Shown here: positions 38,556-51,894 of the stretch, piece by piece
How positions within the stretch are numbered: the first letter of the stretch is position 1
Layout of the letters: each line of letters begins with the position of its first letter
Assembly (NCBI RefSeq): GCF_001194135.2
Contig: NC_068983.1
Location: forward strand, 103,356,836 to 103,420,835
Source of the DNA: Octopus bimaculoides
Taxonomy: Eukaryota
Direction: 5' to 3'
DNA length: 64,000 nucleotides
Notes under the pieces: generated by a model
What the model saw: the letters and a program-made list of their open reading frames with translations, nothing else
What the model was told of the DNA's origin: nothing
Databases searched by the model: none
Made by a program: the position numbers and the translations under genes

Positions 38556-39473
38556 TAGAGGATGCAGTAAGTAGCGAGAGCGTCACCATCCTATGGAACT
38601 TCCCAATACAAATAGACAGAAAAATCCACTCCAATCAATCAGACATTGTAATCAAAGACTACAACAGAGGAACTTGTCTGTTAATAGATATGTCTGTCCC
38701 ACAAGATCAAAATGTCTCAAGAAAGGAGTATGAAAAGCTTTCTCATTATGAAGATCTGCAAATTGAAATCACAAAAATGTTGAAACTTAGTACTTCGATA
38801 ATACTAGTAGTAATTGGTGCATTAGGAATGATAAAGAAGGAAGCTGAGAAGTATATTAAGCATCTCCCTGGTAACTCCAATCTCCGTAAACTACAAAAGA
38901 TAACCTTGATGTGTACAGCCCATATGCTACAGAAAGCACTCTCCATCTAAAATGGAATAAATGTGGTGATAATTTTAGCATGCATAGCAAAACAAAAGTG
39001 CTCTTGCTACCCCTGCTACTCCAGAGGATGCCCAGTACTTGTCGTTGGCACTCCGTCGCTTACGACATCGAGGGTTCTAGTTGATCCGATCAACGGAACA
39101 GCCTGCTTGTGAAATTAGCATGCAAGTGGCTGAGCACTCCACAGACATGTGTACCCTTAACGCAGTTCTCGGGGATATTCAGCGTGACACAGTGTGACAA
39201 GGCTGACCCTTTGGATTACAGGCACAACAGAAACAGGAAGTAAGAGTGAGAGAAAGTTGTGGTGGAAGAGTACAGCAGGGTTCGTCACCATCCCCTGCCG
39301 GGGCCTTGTGGAGCTTTAGGTGTTTTTGCTCAATAAACACTCACAACGCCCAGTCTGGGAATCGAAACCGCGATCCTATGACCGAGAGTCCGCTGCTCTA
39401 ACCACTGGGCCAATGCGCCTCCACGCCCAGTACTAAGTCAGCGGAAATAAAGTCATAATGAAAGGAAACCATA

Positions 39474-39522
<49 letters not shown>

Positions 39523-39530
39523 GTAATAAT
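38556..39530 (+). mobile_element. 3' fragment of an RLE-endonuclease non-LTR retrotransposon (R4/Dong-like), copy 2, interrupted by a SINE
   Basis: VTILWNFPIQIDRKIHSNQSDIVI...LIDMSVPQDQNVSRKEYEKLSHYEDLQIE..VIGALG (PD-(D/E)xK-like RLE). The 3'UTR resumes after the SINE and ends in (TAA)n. Confidence 0.85.
39040..39424 (-). mobile_element. tRNA-derived SINE (family D), young copy
   Basis: Head TGGCCCAGTGGTTAGAGC...GGTTTCGATTCCC (A and B boxes). 10-bp TSD GCCCAGTACT at 39030-39039 and 39425-39434. CpGs retained. Confidence 0.9.
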
Positions 39531-39534
39531 GATG

Positions 39535-39752
39535 ATGATGATTTCAAATTTTGGCACAGGGCCAGCAATTTTGGAGGAGGGGATAAGTCAATTACATCAA
39601 CCCCAGTGCTCGACTGGTGCTTATTTTGTCAACCCTAAAAGGATGATGGGCAAAGTTGACCTTGGCGGAATTTGAAATAAGAATGTAAAGACAGACAAAA
39701 TGCCACTAAGCATTTTGTCCTGCATGCTAATGATTCTGCTAGCTCGCCACCA
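39535..39752 (-). mobile_element. SINE family C inserted in the (TAA)n tail of the R4-like copy
   Basis: Same core as the 28.8-kb array. Confidence 0.8.
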
Positions 39753-39796
39753 TAATAATGATAGTAATTTTTAGCAGAGACTTAATTTTCGATTTG

Positions 39797-39852
<56 letters not shown>

Positions 39853-40065
39853 CAAATCGAAAATTAAAAATAACAAAACAACAATAGTCAGAAAGATGTA
39901 TACATGGAATGTATTAGCTTGATGCTCAGTATAAGATGGAAAAAAAGAGAGGGTGTATAATGCTTTGAGCATCAGAAAGAGAAGAGAGGAAAGGTCCAGA
40001 GAAAGAAGAAAGTCTAAGAAAAGCACGTGCGTGGTTACATGGTTGAAGTGACCACACACACACAC

Positions 40066-40266
40066 CTTTTACTTGTCTCAGTCATTAGACTATGGCCATG
40101 CTGGGGCACCACATTGAAGAAATTTTAGTTGAACGAATTGACCTCAGAACTTTTGTCTTTAAGCTAGGTACTTATTCTATTGGTCTCTTTTGCCAAACTG
40201 CTGAGTTACAGGGGTGTAAACACACCAACACCAGTTGTCCAGCGGTGGTTGGGGACAAACAAACAA

Positions 40267-40332
<66 letters not shown>

Positions 40333-40425
40333 CAAGCTTCTTTCAGTTTCTGTCAACCAAATCCACTCACGAAGCTTTGGTTGATCTGAGGCTATAGTAG
40401 AAGATACTTGCCCAAGGTGCCAACT
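40066..40425 (-). mobile_element. SINE family A
   Basis: Reverse-complement match, head truncated. Confidence 0.8.
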
Positions 40426-40794
40426 CTGCTTGCATAGTTTACCTGGCAGGTAAAAGCAGGTTCATATCTTATTTGATAATGAGCGTTTTGTAGTAGGATG
40501 AGACTCCAGTTGTAAAACTTTGTTTTGCAACAAAAAACAAAAATAATCATCCAATTCTGCTATCATAAGATTCATGGATATGAAAGAAACACATGTGTGC
40601 ACTACCATAGAAATAGGGGCATGTACGTGCTCACATTTACATGAGGCTGTCTTATTTTGATGTGTATGTGTGTGTGTGTGTGTGAACACACTATCCATCA
40701 ACTTCCTCAAATAGTATTTAAAACAAATTAGGAAAGGTTTATGGAAATACTGTTTTGAGTCTATTAAACTCTTTCTGTGCAACAAATAACAAAT

Positions 40795-40970
40795 GGTTTT
40801 GATAATGACGACAATGACGATAATAATGATAATGATTATGGAGGTAATGATACTACATGCAGAAGTGATGATGGTGGTGGTGGTGGTGATGATGATGATG
40901 GTGGTGGTAGTGGTGGTAATGATGATGATGATAGTGGTGGTGGTGATAAGATGGACAAGGTGGTGATGAC
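40795..40970. repeat. Compound (GAT/GGT/AAT)n microsatellite
   Basis: Seen directly. Confidence 0.9.
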
Positions 40971-41275
40971 GATGGGCTTACAAAGCCACATTAAAATATA
41001 TGCCTTAACCTTTTACTTATATCCCAAGCACAATTCAGAAAACGTGTACAAACATCAACTTACACACACACACACTTATTCATTCATACATACACACAAT
41101 GAAAGATAAAAGGAAAATATTAATAGAAAAAAAAATTTTTTAATGTAAAACAAAACAAAAAAAAATAAATAAAAGAACTGGTATTTTGCAGTTGCTTTTA
41201 AGAAATAAACTTTCAAAAGGTTATCAGCAACATTATCTGAACATCATCAGAATGCTTGACATCCAAGCAAAACAC

Positions 41276-41314
<39 letters not shown>

Positions 41315-41483
41315 TACCATCACAACAACAACTGACGGAAATCAGTTATCAATGAAATAAATCAATATCACATCACAAAACTTGACCCTTCTTCATATGG
41401 TAGTTTTTTGTTGTTCTTTTTTCCATTTTATCAAATCTGTTTATGTCTGTTTATTTTTTATATTGATTTATTATTTTTACATT

Positions 41484-41523
<40 letters not shown>

Positions 41524-42253
41524 GTTGCTTGATATTGCCAACCCCCACCTGCCCTGCTCTTCTCCAGTAAACAATATAAACAGCACTTCTGATTAAGGAG
41601 GTCTGTACTGCTGCACTTTGTATAATAAACTAACTAGATTTGCAATACAAAGAAACAAATACAGAACATGGGAGGAAAATAAGGAAGCAAAACAAGCAAC
41701 AACAACAACAACAAAAGAAAACACAAAATAAGTAAATAAATTGTAATCCATCATACTAGTTGAAAGAAAGATAGTAATCTTCAATGATATAAGAGTATCA
41801 TGATGAAGATGATGTATGCCTGAGACTCAAGAGAGATGTATTTTGAGCCCATCTAACCTAATGCTTGTATGGCAGGAATGGAAAGCTACTGCTGGTGATG
41901 ATGATCTAGTGCCTTCATCAGTCAAAACTGACTATTCCTCTGCACATGTATGTACAAGCCTGGGCAAGATTTTTCAAGGAAGACTAGCAGCTGCCTATGT
42001 ATATATGCAAGCCTCCCCACTCTCTCTCTCCATACCACTGATGATTGACCGTGAGAAAAGCTGCCAATTTAGGCCAATGCAGTCTCGCACAAATGTTGTC
42101 ACAGCCATTACTGTCAGCATCCGAAACATCTCAAACAGATACCACAAAGCAGTTCTCCCCAACACTCAAACAGTTCCACCAGTCTATGACCCTAGATGAT
42201 TGTCTCTAAGACAATGCAAACATACCCCCAGTGACACCAATGATGTTTTAAAA

Positions 42254-42594
42254 CAGTAGTTCTCAACCATTTTTTTATCTAATGACCCCTTTGATTCCCA
42301 TTTTACTCTAGTGAACCCCTATAACCATTTGATGTTTAAAACTAGTTTTATTAAATACTTCTTTCAAAATTACTTTTTTTTGCTTTTCACACATTCACTT
42401 GTGTAAACTGACCCATGGAAAATGTTAGAGAAACAAACTAAGTTGTTTCTTGTAATAAACACATCTACAGCAAAATTTACTAACAGACCCTTAAAATACT
42501 ACCATAGATCCCCAATTTATTATTTTGTTTGTATGGACCCCCAAAAATTATATATGGACCCTTAGGGGTCATATGGACTCAGGTTGAGAACCAG
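42254..42594. mobile_element. hAT (Charlie-type) MITE
   Basis: CAGTAGTTCTCAACC ... GGTTGAGAACCAG termini, 8-bp TSD TTTTAAAA on both sides. Confidence 0.8.
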
Positions 42595-43082
42595 TTTTAA
42601 AAGAACTGGCACTCAATGATTGGAATATAATAATTTTTCTTGGATAACACAATTGATCAGGGGTTACATTTCTAAGAGGTTTTGAACTTGAAATTTTTGA
42701 GGTGCTGCAGTAAATCCAACCTCCAAGTCTAATTGGTATTTTTTTTATTTTTTTTCACTATAAGGTGCTGATGATCTGGGCTAATTGATCTCTGATCAAG
42801 GAAGCATTCTGTTCAACCACACTTGACCAGCTTGGACAGATAGGCCTGCAATCAGTAAAAGTAAGTAGGGGCAATGGTATGCTGAGCCTTCATCTAGTAA
42901 TAGACTAACAATGGTTGGATGGAATGGACAAGAAAAATACTCAGGTCAAGCAATATATTGTGAATGGAATTTGGTAGACAGAAATGTGTGTGTGTGTGCT
43001 CATGTTTATGAGTTTGACACAACAAACTTAATAGTAAGATACCTGTGTTGTAATGGTAACATAGACAAATGGTGATAGATAA

Positions 43083-43123
<41 letters not shown>

Positions 43124-44684
43124 AAGAAAGATATAATAACCCTTTAACATTTAAACTGGCCATATTTGACCTGAATATTCTACCTGGTTTATGTTCAAAC
43201 TCTCACACCTATCCTACAATGTCATTCTAAAAATAAACAACCACATTATTGAAATCTCAAAGCTATGAGATAATGCAACTGAAATAAGTATGGGAGCTGC
43301 TAATGATCTACTAAAAAAGCCTTGAAGGATTGTCCCAGCAAGTTCACAGTCCAATGTCAGAAAGCAGTTAAAGGAATAAACCACCAAACGTTTGGTTTTA
43401 TAACCAAAAAGGAAAATATTGACAATTTGATGAAAGTAAACAGAGCAACATAAATTCATTTGCTGTTGTTTAATCTTAGATCAGCCTTGAATAAGCAGAG
43501 CTGTGACTATCCCTTTTCTTTCTGTCTTCCCAACCCCCTAAAATAATATATTTCATCTACAGATGCTTTTCCATTTTTTAAAACAGTAGACTGCAATTTG
43601 AGCAAGATTTAGCTATTTCTACAGGTCAAGTAACCATATAGAAATTGTCTTATTGCAGTATGAGATGTAAGATTCTGTTATTGTAGAAACTTAAAAGTAT
43701 ATTAAAAGAAGGAAAATGAAATAAGTAAAATTTATTTTGACAAGATATGATGCATTTGTAGTTTTAATTAGGCTGTCAACTTATCCAATTTCTGAAACTT
43801 ATCCCAAACTTCACTACCAACTGTAAATTCCACATGAAGCTAAGCTGGTTTATTGTGTTTCTATGCATAACACATACATACATATTTATCAGCAATAAAG
43901 TGTGGTAGTAAAGCAATAAATCTGCCTGAGCTTCCTGCCAATTCTTTCCACCCCACTGCCAAGTTATAATCTGGCAACATACCGATGACAAAGAAACAGT
44001 ACAGCTTTTTCTTTTTTCAATAGTATGAGTAACCTTTTAGTGTAGGATAATGCAGAGAATGTGCAAACAAATGGTTGGAAATAATAAGGGAATAAGTTCT
44101 TAAAACAGCAACTTTAACAGATCAAGAGAAACAGGAGTTACTAAAGCAATCTAGAATGTACCTAGTTACACATTTCTCAAATAAGAAGTCCTCCTAACAT
44201 TAAGCTTAAGTTTTTTTTCAGTTCTTCAGTTCTAATTTATTTTAATGGTGTTGATATTTCTCAGAAATTTTTCTAGATAATTCTTAGCATTTTTTTAATG
44301 TTTATTAACAAACAAATCTGGAGCAAAATTTTTATGACTTTATATGAAAAAAAAAGAAAGAAAAAAGAAAGATCATAATCTTCATATTTAAAGTAAATTA
44401 AACTTAATTGCAATTTTATTGATGTTTCTGAATATAACTGGTCAAATTTGAGAGAATTTTGAAACAAATTAATGTGGAGATAGTCACTATAGTTCAAGCC
44501 ATGCATCATAATTCACATTTTTCACATTTTTATACATATTATCTTCACAGAAAATATCTACAAAATGTTTTCTCCAACTATTCCTCTCTTTTTTTTTTTT
44601 TTTACCCAACTTCCTTTTCTGAGCCTTAACTATTACATTTGCTTTTTTTTTTGCTTTTTTTTCCAAAGAAATAATAAGCATAGG

Positions 44685-44997
44685 CATGGTTGTCTGCTAA
44701 GAAGTTTGCTTCTCACCTGTATAACCTCCAATTCAATCCTACTGAGTGGTACCTTGGGCAAGTGTCTTCTATTATACTTTCAGGATGACCAAAACAAGCC
44801 TTGGGAGTGGATTTGAAATCTAACAGAAGCCTATTGTATGTGTGTGTATTACAGTGTACTTGACTGCATGTGATAGATCTAATGTCTCTTCACAAGGTAC
44901 ATTACCTTGCTAGGTGACAGGAAGCGCATCCAACCATTGAAAATCCACCTCAACAATTTCTGACCAGTCCAAGCAAGCATGGAAAAGTGGATATTAA

Positions 44998-45030
<33 letters not shown>
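44685..45030 (+). mobile_element. SINE with a family A head and RTE-type tail
   Basis: Head at 44685-44850, then AGGAAGCGCATCC...GCATGGAAAAGTGGATATTAAA(TGA)n. Confidence 0.65.
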
Positions 45031-45032
<2 letters not shown>

Positions 45033-45074
45033 ACTGCCATCATAAATCCTCCTTAATTTCAGTGCTCCCAATCT

Positions 45075-46905
45075 TCATCATCATCATCGTTGTTTAACAT
45101 CTAGATTTCCATGCTTAAATGGGCCAGATGGAATATGTTGAGGCAGAGTCTCTCCAGCTGGATGTCCTCTCTGTCACCAGCCCTCATTGGTTTCTAAGCA
45201 CAATAATATCTCTCATGACCAGACATGGTCTCACAGAATATTGGAAACATTGGGTTGGCAAGAAAGTAATTTCAGTTTTTTAGTGTGAAATAAAAGTCAT
45301 TTTTTCACACAAAGAATGGACTTTAATCAATTATATATTTTCCATTTTGTTTGATGACCTTTTGCCATCTTTCTGGCAACTTCATGATTCCGCACTCATA
45401 GAACTTCTGATCCTTATCATAAAAAAACTGAAGCAAGTGCGACTGCAGGTCATCATCATTATTGAAAGTTTTACCATTCAAAGAATTTTGCAAACTTCAA
45501 AATAAATGGTAACCTGATGGTGCAAGGTCAGGGCTATATGGTGGATGTGACATCACTTTCCAAACATGCTCCAATAATTTTTCACGAGTTAGCAAAGACG
45601 TGTGTGGTCTAGTGTTGTCATGGTGGAACACCATTCCTTTACGATTTTTCAATTCTGGCTGTTTTTCGCTGATTGCTTCCTCCAGTTTCATTGGTTGTTT
45701 GTTCAGTGTCGATTTTAACATGGAGTGTAAAAACAAACATTTTCACTATATATTGCTTTTTTTATTTCCATAAAGGCAAGAAAGCTGCTGAGGCTCACAA
45801 AGAGATATGTGAAGTTTATGGTTCTGGAGATTTTTCATGCAATGATGACCAATGTTCTGGTCAACCTACTGAAGTTGATGATGACCAAATCAAAGCAATC
45901 CAAAATACACAACACCTTTATAATCCCATCAAATTGACAGCATGACCTTTTTTGGATGCAATTCAGCTTTCGATGTGGTTTGTGCTCGTTCATTACGCTT
46001 GGACTAAGATCGTTTTCAACTGATGCTTTTGTAGACAATCCACTTTCCATTACCAGTGATGATTCATTTTTAAAAAAAGGTAAATTTTATTGCGTTTGAG
46101 ATGTATATCGCAAATATTGATTCGTTGTGTTAAGTGAATCTCTTTCAATTTATGTGGAACCCAAATATCGAGCTTCTTAACAAGTACAAGACATTTTAAG
46201 CGATTTTCAATTGTTGTTTGTGACACATATAACCTATCTGTAATTTCACGCACAGTTATATGACTATCAGATTCAATCATGGCTTTGATTTGGTCATCAT
46301 CAACTTCAGTAAGTTGACCAGAACGTTGGTCATCATTGAGTGAAAAATTTCCAGAATGGAATTTCTTAAACCATTTCTGACATGTATGTTCTGTTAAGCA
46401 ATTAACACCATAAACTTCACATATCTCTTCCTGAGTCTCAGCAGCTTTCTTGCCTTTATGGAAATGAAACAGCAAATTATGGCGAAAATGTTTTGTTTTT
46501 ACACTCCATGTTAAAATTGACATTGAACTAACAACTGTAAACAAAATTATGCACAATTTGCTTCTAAAGTAAGCTAAAAGTAATGGCTATCAAATGTCAA
46601 AAGGAAAAAATCATAACATTGACAAAAGTCACTCAAAAAAATTATAATTTACGACAAACGAAATGAATTTCTTGCCAACCCAATATGACACTGCTTGTAT
46701 GACAGTGAAAAACTCATCAGCAACTACCACATGTTGTCAAAACATGTAGACACAAACACACACACACACACACAAACCAAATCCACTCACAAGGCTTTGG
46801 TTGGCCTGAGGCAATAGTAGAAGACACTTGCTCAATGTTTCATGCGGTGGGGCTGAACCTGAAATTATGTGGTTGGGAAGCAAACTATTAAACTATACAG
46901 CCATG
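45075..46905 (-). mobile_element. SINE family A' split by the mariner insertion (45075-45249 and 46686-46905)
   Basis: The two flanks join into a sequence collinear with the 51895 copy (AATATTGGAAA|TGAC..TGCTTGTATGACAGTGA). Confidence 0.75.
45250..46683 (-). mobile_element. Near full-length mariner element with pseudogenised transposase and an internal inverted duplication
   Basis: TIRs TTGGGTTGGCAAGAAA. ORF fragments 46556-46050 (HTH, WVPHKL) and 45736-45497 (HHDNTRPH, HPPYSPDLAPS, matching mariner motifs WVPHEL and YSPDLAP). Confidence 0.95.
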
Positions 46906-47279
46906 CCATATATTAAATAAACTACACAAACAAATGTTCCTACAAACCACATAAAATGCCAAATGGTTGACAAGTGTTCTTCAAAAATATATCTATCATT
47001 GCAAAGACAGTAAAATAGTGAAACAAGTGAGAATCAATAGCCTAGAAGCAACATGTTGCAGCAGTTCAATAATTATGTTGGAACCCTTGGCATTGTGATT
47101 TAAAAGGTCTCTCAAATCAACACAGAATTTTAAAGGTCTCTTTTGTCAACAGATTGTAAACTCAGATGGCTGGTGTAATCTAGAAATCAAAAACATGTAG
47201 GTACATAAACTATCAAAGAAAGATTTGAGAAACAAATAAATAAAAGAATGTAGCCATGTGAGGGAAACAAATGGGGAAA

Positions 47280-47638
47280 ATGTGGCTGTGTGGTAAGAAG
47301 TTTGCTTCCCAACCACATGGTTCCAGGTTCAGTTCCACTGTACGGCACCATGTGTCTTCTACTGTAGCCTTGGGCCAACCAAAACCTTGTTAGTGGATTT
47401 GGGAGATGGAAACTGAAAGAAGCCTATTGTATGTGTGTATTTGTCCCCCCACCATCATGCTTGACAACAGATGCTGGTGTGTTTATGTCCACATAACTTA
47501 GCAGTTTGGCAAGAGAGACTGACAGAATAACTACCAGGCTTTAAAAAAAAAAACAAGTACTTGGGTTGATTCATTCGACTAAAATTCCTCAAGGCGGTGC
47601 CCCAGTATGGCCGCAGTCTCATGACTGAAACAAGTAAA
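47280..47638 (+). mobile_element. SINE family A
   Basis: Full head and tail match. Confidence 0.85.
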
Positions 47639-47752
47639 ACATTCTTATGAACAGAATGTTTTGAAGAAGTTCAGAAGATTAACACTTTGTTCAAATTTCC
47701 ATAAGGTTAAGCAAGAGACAAAAGTTCAATTGTACGGGAAGGTAGTCTATGT

Positions 47753-48024
47753 CAGGGGTTTTCAAACTTATTGATTTGCGGACACCTTTATATTTCAGGC
47801 TTTACCTTATAACCCTTATAAACGCTTATGAAATTTATATATAAATATTTGCTTAAAATAATTCATATTTTTACATTTATTTATTTAACAGTATTTAACA
47901 AATAGGTTTATTGCCAATTAAAAGATTTCAATTAAAAACCATATATAAAATCAAATTGCCCATAAAAAGTATTTGCTGTCCACGGACCCCCTGTGGTCCG
48001 CGGACCACAGTTTGAGAACCCCTG
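47753..48024. mobile_element. hAT (Charlie-type) MITE, 272 bp
   Basis: CAGGGGTTTTCAAAC ... GTTTGAGAACCCCTG termini, perfect 8-bp TSD GTCTATGT (47745-47752, 48025-48032). Confidence 0.9.
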
Positions 48025-48061
48025 GTCTATGTCATAAATCACTCTACCCAGAAAGGATATA

Positions 48062-48541
48062 CAATAGTCACTTGCCACATCACGGTTCGCCTATTATGCC
48101 CTTGGTAAAGCGTGGATTTTTCTGCCTAATATATGTAAATTTATACTGCAGAATCCTCGGCATATCGCGGGTTTCTATGGCTGATAGATATTTATATTTT
48201 TTTAGATTTTAATTATTTCTGTGGTAAAATAAGCATTTTTATGCCTATAAATTAATAAATAGAAATACAGTACATACTGCACTGTATAACATTAATTAAA
48301 ATATATTAAAAGAAAATATATAGTGTACTGCAGATGAGCAAACAGAGAATTGCACATACTGTATGGAAAATGAAACTCGGGAGGTGAGTGTGTGGTGTTG
48401 TTTTGCATTTATAATAAAATATATACAAATTATAAAAATAATAAAAAAAATATATAGTACAATACTGTTTCTACTTCACGGATTTTCACCTACTGTGGGG
48501 AGTTTTGGAACATAACGCCTGCAATAGTCAAGGGATTACCG
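48062..48541. mobile_element. pogo/Tigger-type MITE
   Basis: Diverged TIRs CAATAGTCACTTG... / ...CAAGGGATTACCG with TA flanks and an AT-rich interior. Confidence 0.65.
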
Positions 48542-49563
48542 TATTCTTTCATTTGTTGAGCTAAATAAGCAAAAATGAAGTGCTTGTGATAGTATATGAA
48601 CTCAGGTTATTGTGGTTCATGATCACAAGCATTCTAGTCATGACCACCACCAGACATAATGTATTTAGGACTATAACAATCAATGTGTCCTTTAATTTTT
48701 GAGACAGTGGGGAGCAATTTGAAGGTGATTTAGCTGCTGTTTCTGGCAGGTAGAGCGACCATGTGTAGAGGCTCCCTCAGCTCAATGTTTCAATAGCTGA
48801 TAGTTTTATGCCTATACCCACAAAGCCTCAAAGATTTAAAATAGATTTCTAAGGACAATGAAAATCCCAGCAGAAATCTATCTTCAGTTCAATCTGACCA
48901 TTAAAAAAAAAAAAAAAATTATTATTTATTTATTTATTTGTTAAGCTACAGAGAATGTTACAAGTGAGGAAAACCAATACTAATGCTAATGACCAGCTGA
49001 TGTCAGTATGTAGTATGCATTGTACACTAACCAGTAAGTTACAGAGAAATCATCAAACTACCCAGAATCATTATGTGAGTGGTTACATAGTAACATATCT
49101 AGAGAGATGAATATGGGATAGAGTCTACAGGATATCGACCTGTTACTGTTCAGGGGTCATAGGTTCTTATTTCATTACCAGCATTGCACGTATCCTTGAG
49201 CAAGGAACTGAACTATTCTTGCTGCAGTTTATATAGCTGCATAACACCAGATACTGGGTGAGGAGATAGGTGAGTTGGCAGCAAAGCACTGAAGTGACTG
49301 AAAAATCGATGAATAGTGAGTAGAGGAAGGCAAAGATGGAAAGAGGAAAAGAGATGTGAACCAAATACTAACACAGCTGATCAATTGATTCAATAATGGA
49401 TTCTAAATTCTGAAAGATAACAGAAAAACTTTTCTATATTTTACACCGACTACTTGGGACAATTGTTTTATTGTGCTGATTGGCCATTATTAGTGAGAAT
49501 TTGGCATTGTAGCTAATAAACAAAAACATAAATGAAATTTAAATTGTTTAACTATCAAATGAA

Positions 49564-49593
<30 letters not shown>

Positions 49594-49594
<1 letters not shown>

Positions 49595-50275
49595 CTCTTT
49601 TACTTGTTTCAGTCATTTGACTGTGGCCATGCTGGAGCACCGCCTTTAGTCGAGCAAATCGACCCCTGGACTTATTCTTTGTAAGCCTAGTACTTATTCT
49701 ATCGGTCTTTTTTTGCCNNNNNNNNNNNNNNNNNNNNNNNNNNNNNNNNNNNNNNNNNNNNNNNNNNNNNNNNNNNNNNNNNNNNNNNNNNNNNNNNNNN
49801 NNNNNNNNNNNNNNNNNNNNNNNNNNNNNNNNNNNNNNNNNNNNNNNNNNNATATATATATATATATACAATGCAACAACAAAAAATTCTACCATGATGC
49901 AGGTGTAGTTGTGTGGTAAAGATGCTTGATTTGCAACCATTTGGTTGCAGGCTCAGACCTACTGTGTGGCACCTTGGGCTAGTGTCTTCTACTATAGTCC
50001 CAGGCCTACCAATGCCTTGTGTGTGGATTTGGTAGACAGAAACTGGAAGAAGCCCATCATGTGTGTGTGTGTGAAGCTCTACTTGAGAACTGGTGTCGGT
50101 TTGTTTATGTCTGTGTAACTTAAGAGTTCAGCAAAAGAGATGAGAGAATAAGTACTAGTCTTAAAAAGGAAAAAAAAAAGAACATAGGTTCTGAGGTCAA
50201 TTTGTTCAAGTATATACTTGAAGTGTGGTGCCCCAGTATGGCCTCTGTATACTGAATGAGACAAGTAAAAGATAA
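49594..50275. mobile_element. Two SINE family A copies: minus-strand tail running into a gap (49594-49717) and a plus-strand copy (49900-50275)
   Basis: Matches to the family A tail and head respectively. Confidence 0.8.
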
Positions 50276-51894
50276 GAGATGACATAGAAAAAAATGTGGG
50301 AGAAAAACAAATTTGCTAAATCATTTTTAAATATCCAAAAACTGTTTTTAAATATCTAAATGTTTAAAAAGGGTTGTTATAAACTCGGATTTCATTATCC
50401 TGTAACCATTAATTTCCTCCTTAAAGTGTATATTTACAATATTTATTATTATTATATTTCTACATCATATTGCAATTTTTTATCATCATTTGTGACTCAT
50501 TCCTGGATAAACATCCTCCTAGACCGAATTCAAATTAGCAACATTTATTTCTAGACTAACTGAAGTAAATTTAAATTCCCTTGTGCACTAAGCCACAGGC
50601 TTAAAAATAAAATTTAAAAATAAAGGTTTCTTCTCAGGATCCAGTCTGGAATTGTGTACATTTTTGACACTTGATGACATTCTGACACTGAAGGAATCAA
50701 ACAAACTAAAATCGATAATATAGATATAAATATTGTAAATATACACTGAATGGATAAAATTAATAGAGTAGAAAATTATAATCATTAATGATTTTCAAAT
50801 ATAAATTTACATCTATCAAAGCTTTGAGTTGTTGAAGTAGATCACCAGTTATTAAAAGAAGAAGGAAAATTATGCTTATCTCTTAAATATACCATTCATT
50901 AAAGAGTTATGATGAAAGCTGTCCATGCTGTCTCTCTATCTATCTACATATATTTATCTCTCTCTCTGAAGAGAGAGACAGAGAGAGTGTGTGTGTTGAC
51001 TGCATTCCTTAATACAAAACTGAATATAACTTAAATATCCCAAGAACAATTTTTTCGCCATGAAACACATCCATAATCTGTTCTACAACAGCAGCAAAAC
51101 ACAGACACACACACACACACTAATAATTTCACATATCTAAGTGGTTCAGTCAGCACCTGGAGGGAAAAGGAGGGTAAGGGGCATTGCATATGGTGGTGCA
51201 GGGACAGCTTAGTGGCAGACAACAACATCTAAGAATCAATAGCAACATATTGCAGAAATCCAATCTGTACATCAGCCGGTATCTCTGGTATTCTGAATCA
51301 GAGAATCAAAACAAGAATGTTTCTGTCAGCAGAAAAATACAAATGCAGAGGAAAGATGGATTTCAAAAATAGGAATAAAGGAAAATAAACAAATAAGGAA
51401 ATATATGATAATAATAAAAAAACAAAAAGGGGGAAAATGAGAAAGAAAAACTATTCACCACTGCCACTACCATCTTCCTCTTGCCCCATTCAACTAGCCT
51501 TAAAAACACTGCAGCTTCACAATAACTTTTAAAACAATAGTATATTGCTGACGTGTGAGAGAAGCAAGGAAACAGAGATGGAACAGATAATAACACAAAA
51601 GCTAAAGTGAGACAAACATAAAAAGACACTCATACACACAGTAAAATAAAAACTATCCTTTTTTTTTTGGTTGAACATTTAAGACAAATTATTGAAGTAT
51701 TTACAAAATATTTCAATACTTTTTTTCTTTTAAGCTATCAGGATATTGATATTGAATATTAGGGATAACAATATTGAAATGAAATAAGCAAAATTCTCTG
51801 GTGACTTCATTCAAATTTATTCAATATTTATAATGGATATTTTTACTCAACTATGTTAAAATATCTAAATAAAACAAAGCATAACTAAGCTATC

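Noticed and set aside
39340-39424. tRNA genes
   Set aside because: All tRNA-like heads continue into SINE bodies and lack a complete acceptor stem and Pol III terminator.
40777-41109. Asp/Gly-rich 110-aa ORF
   Set aside because: It is a translation of a GAT/GGT microsatellite.
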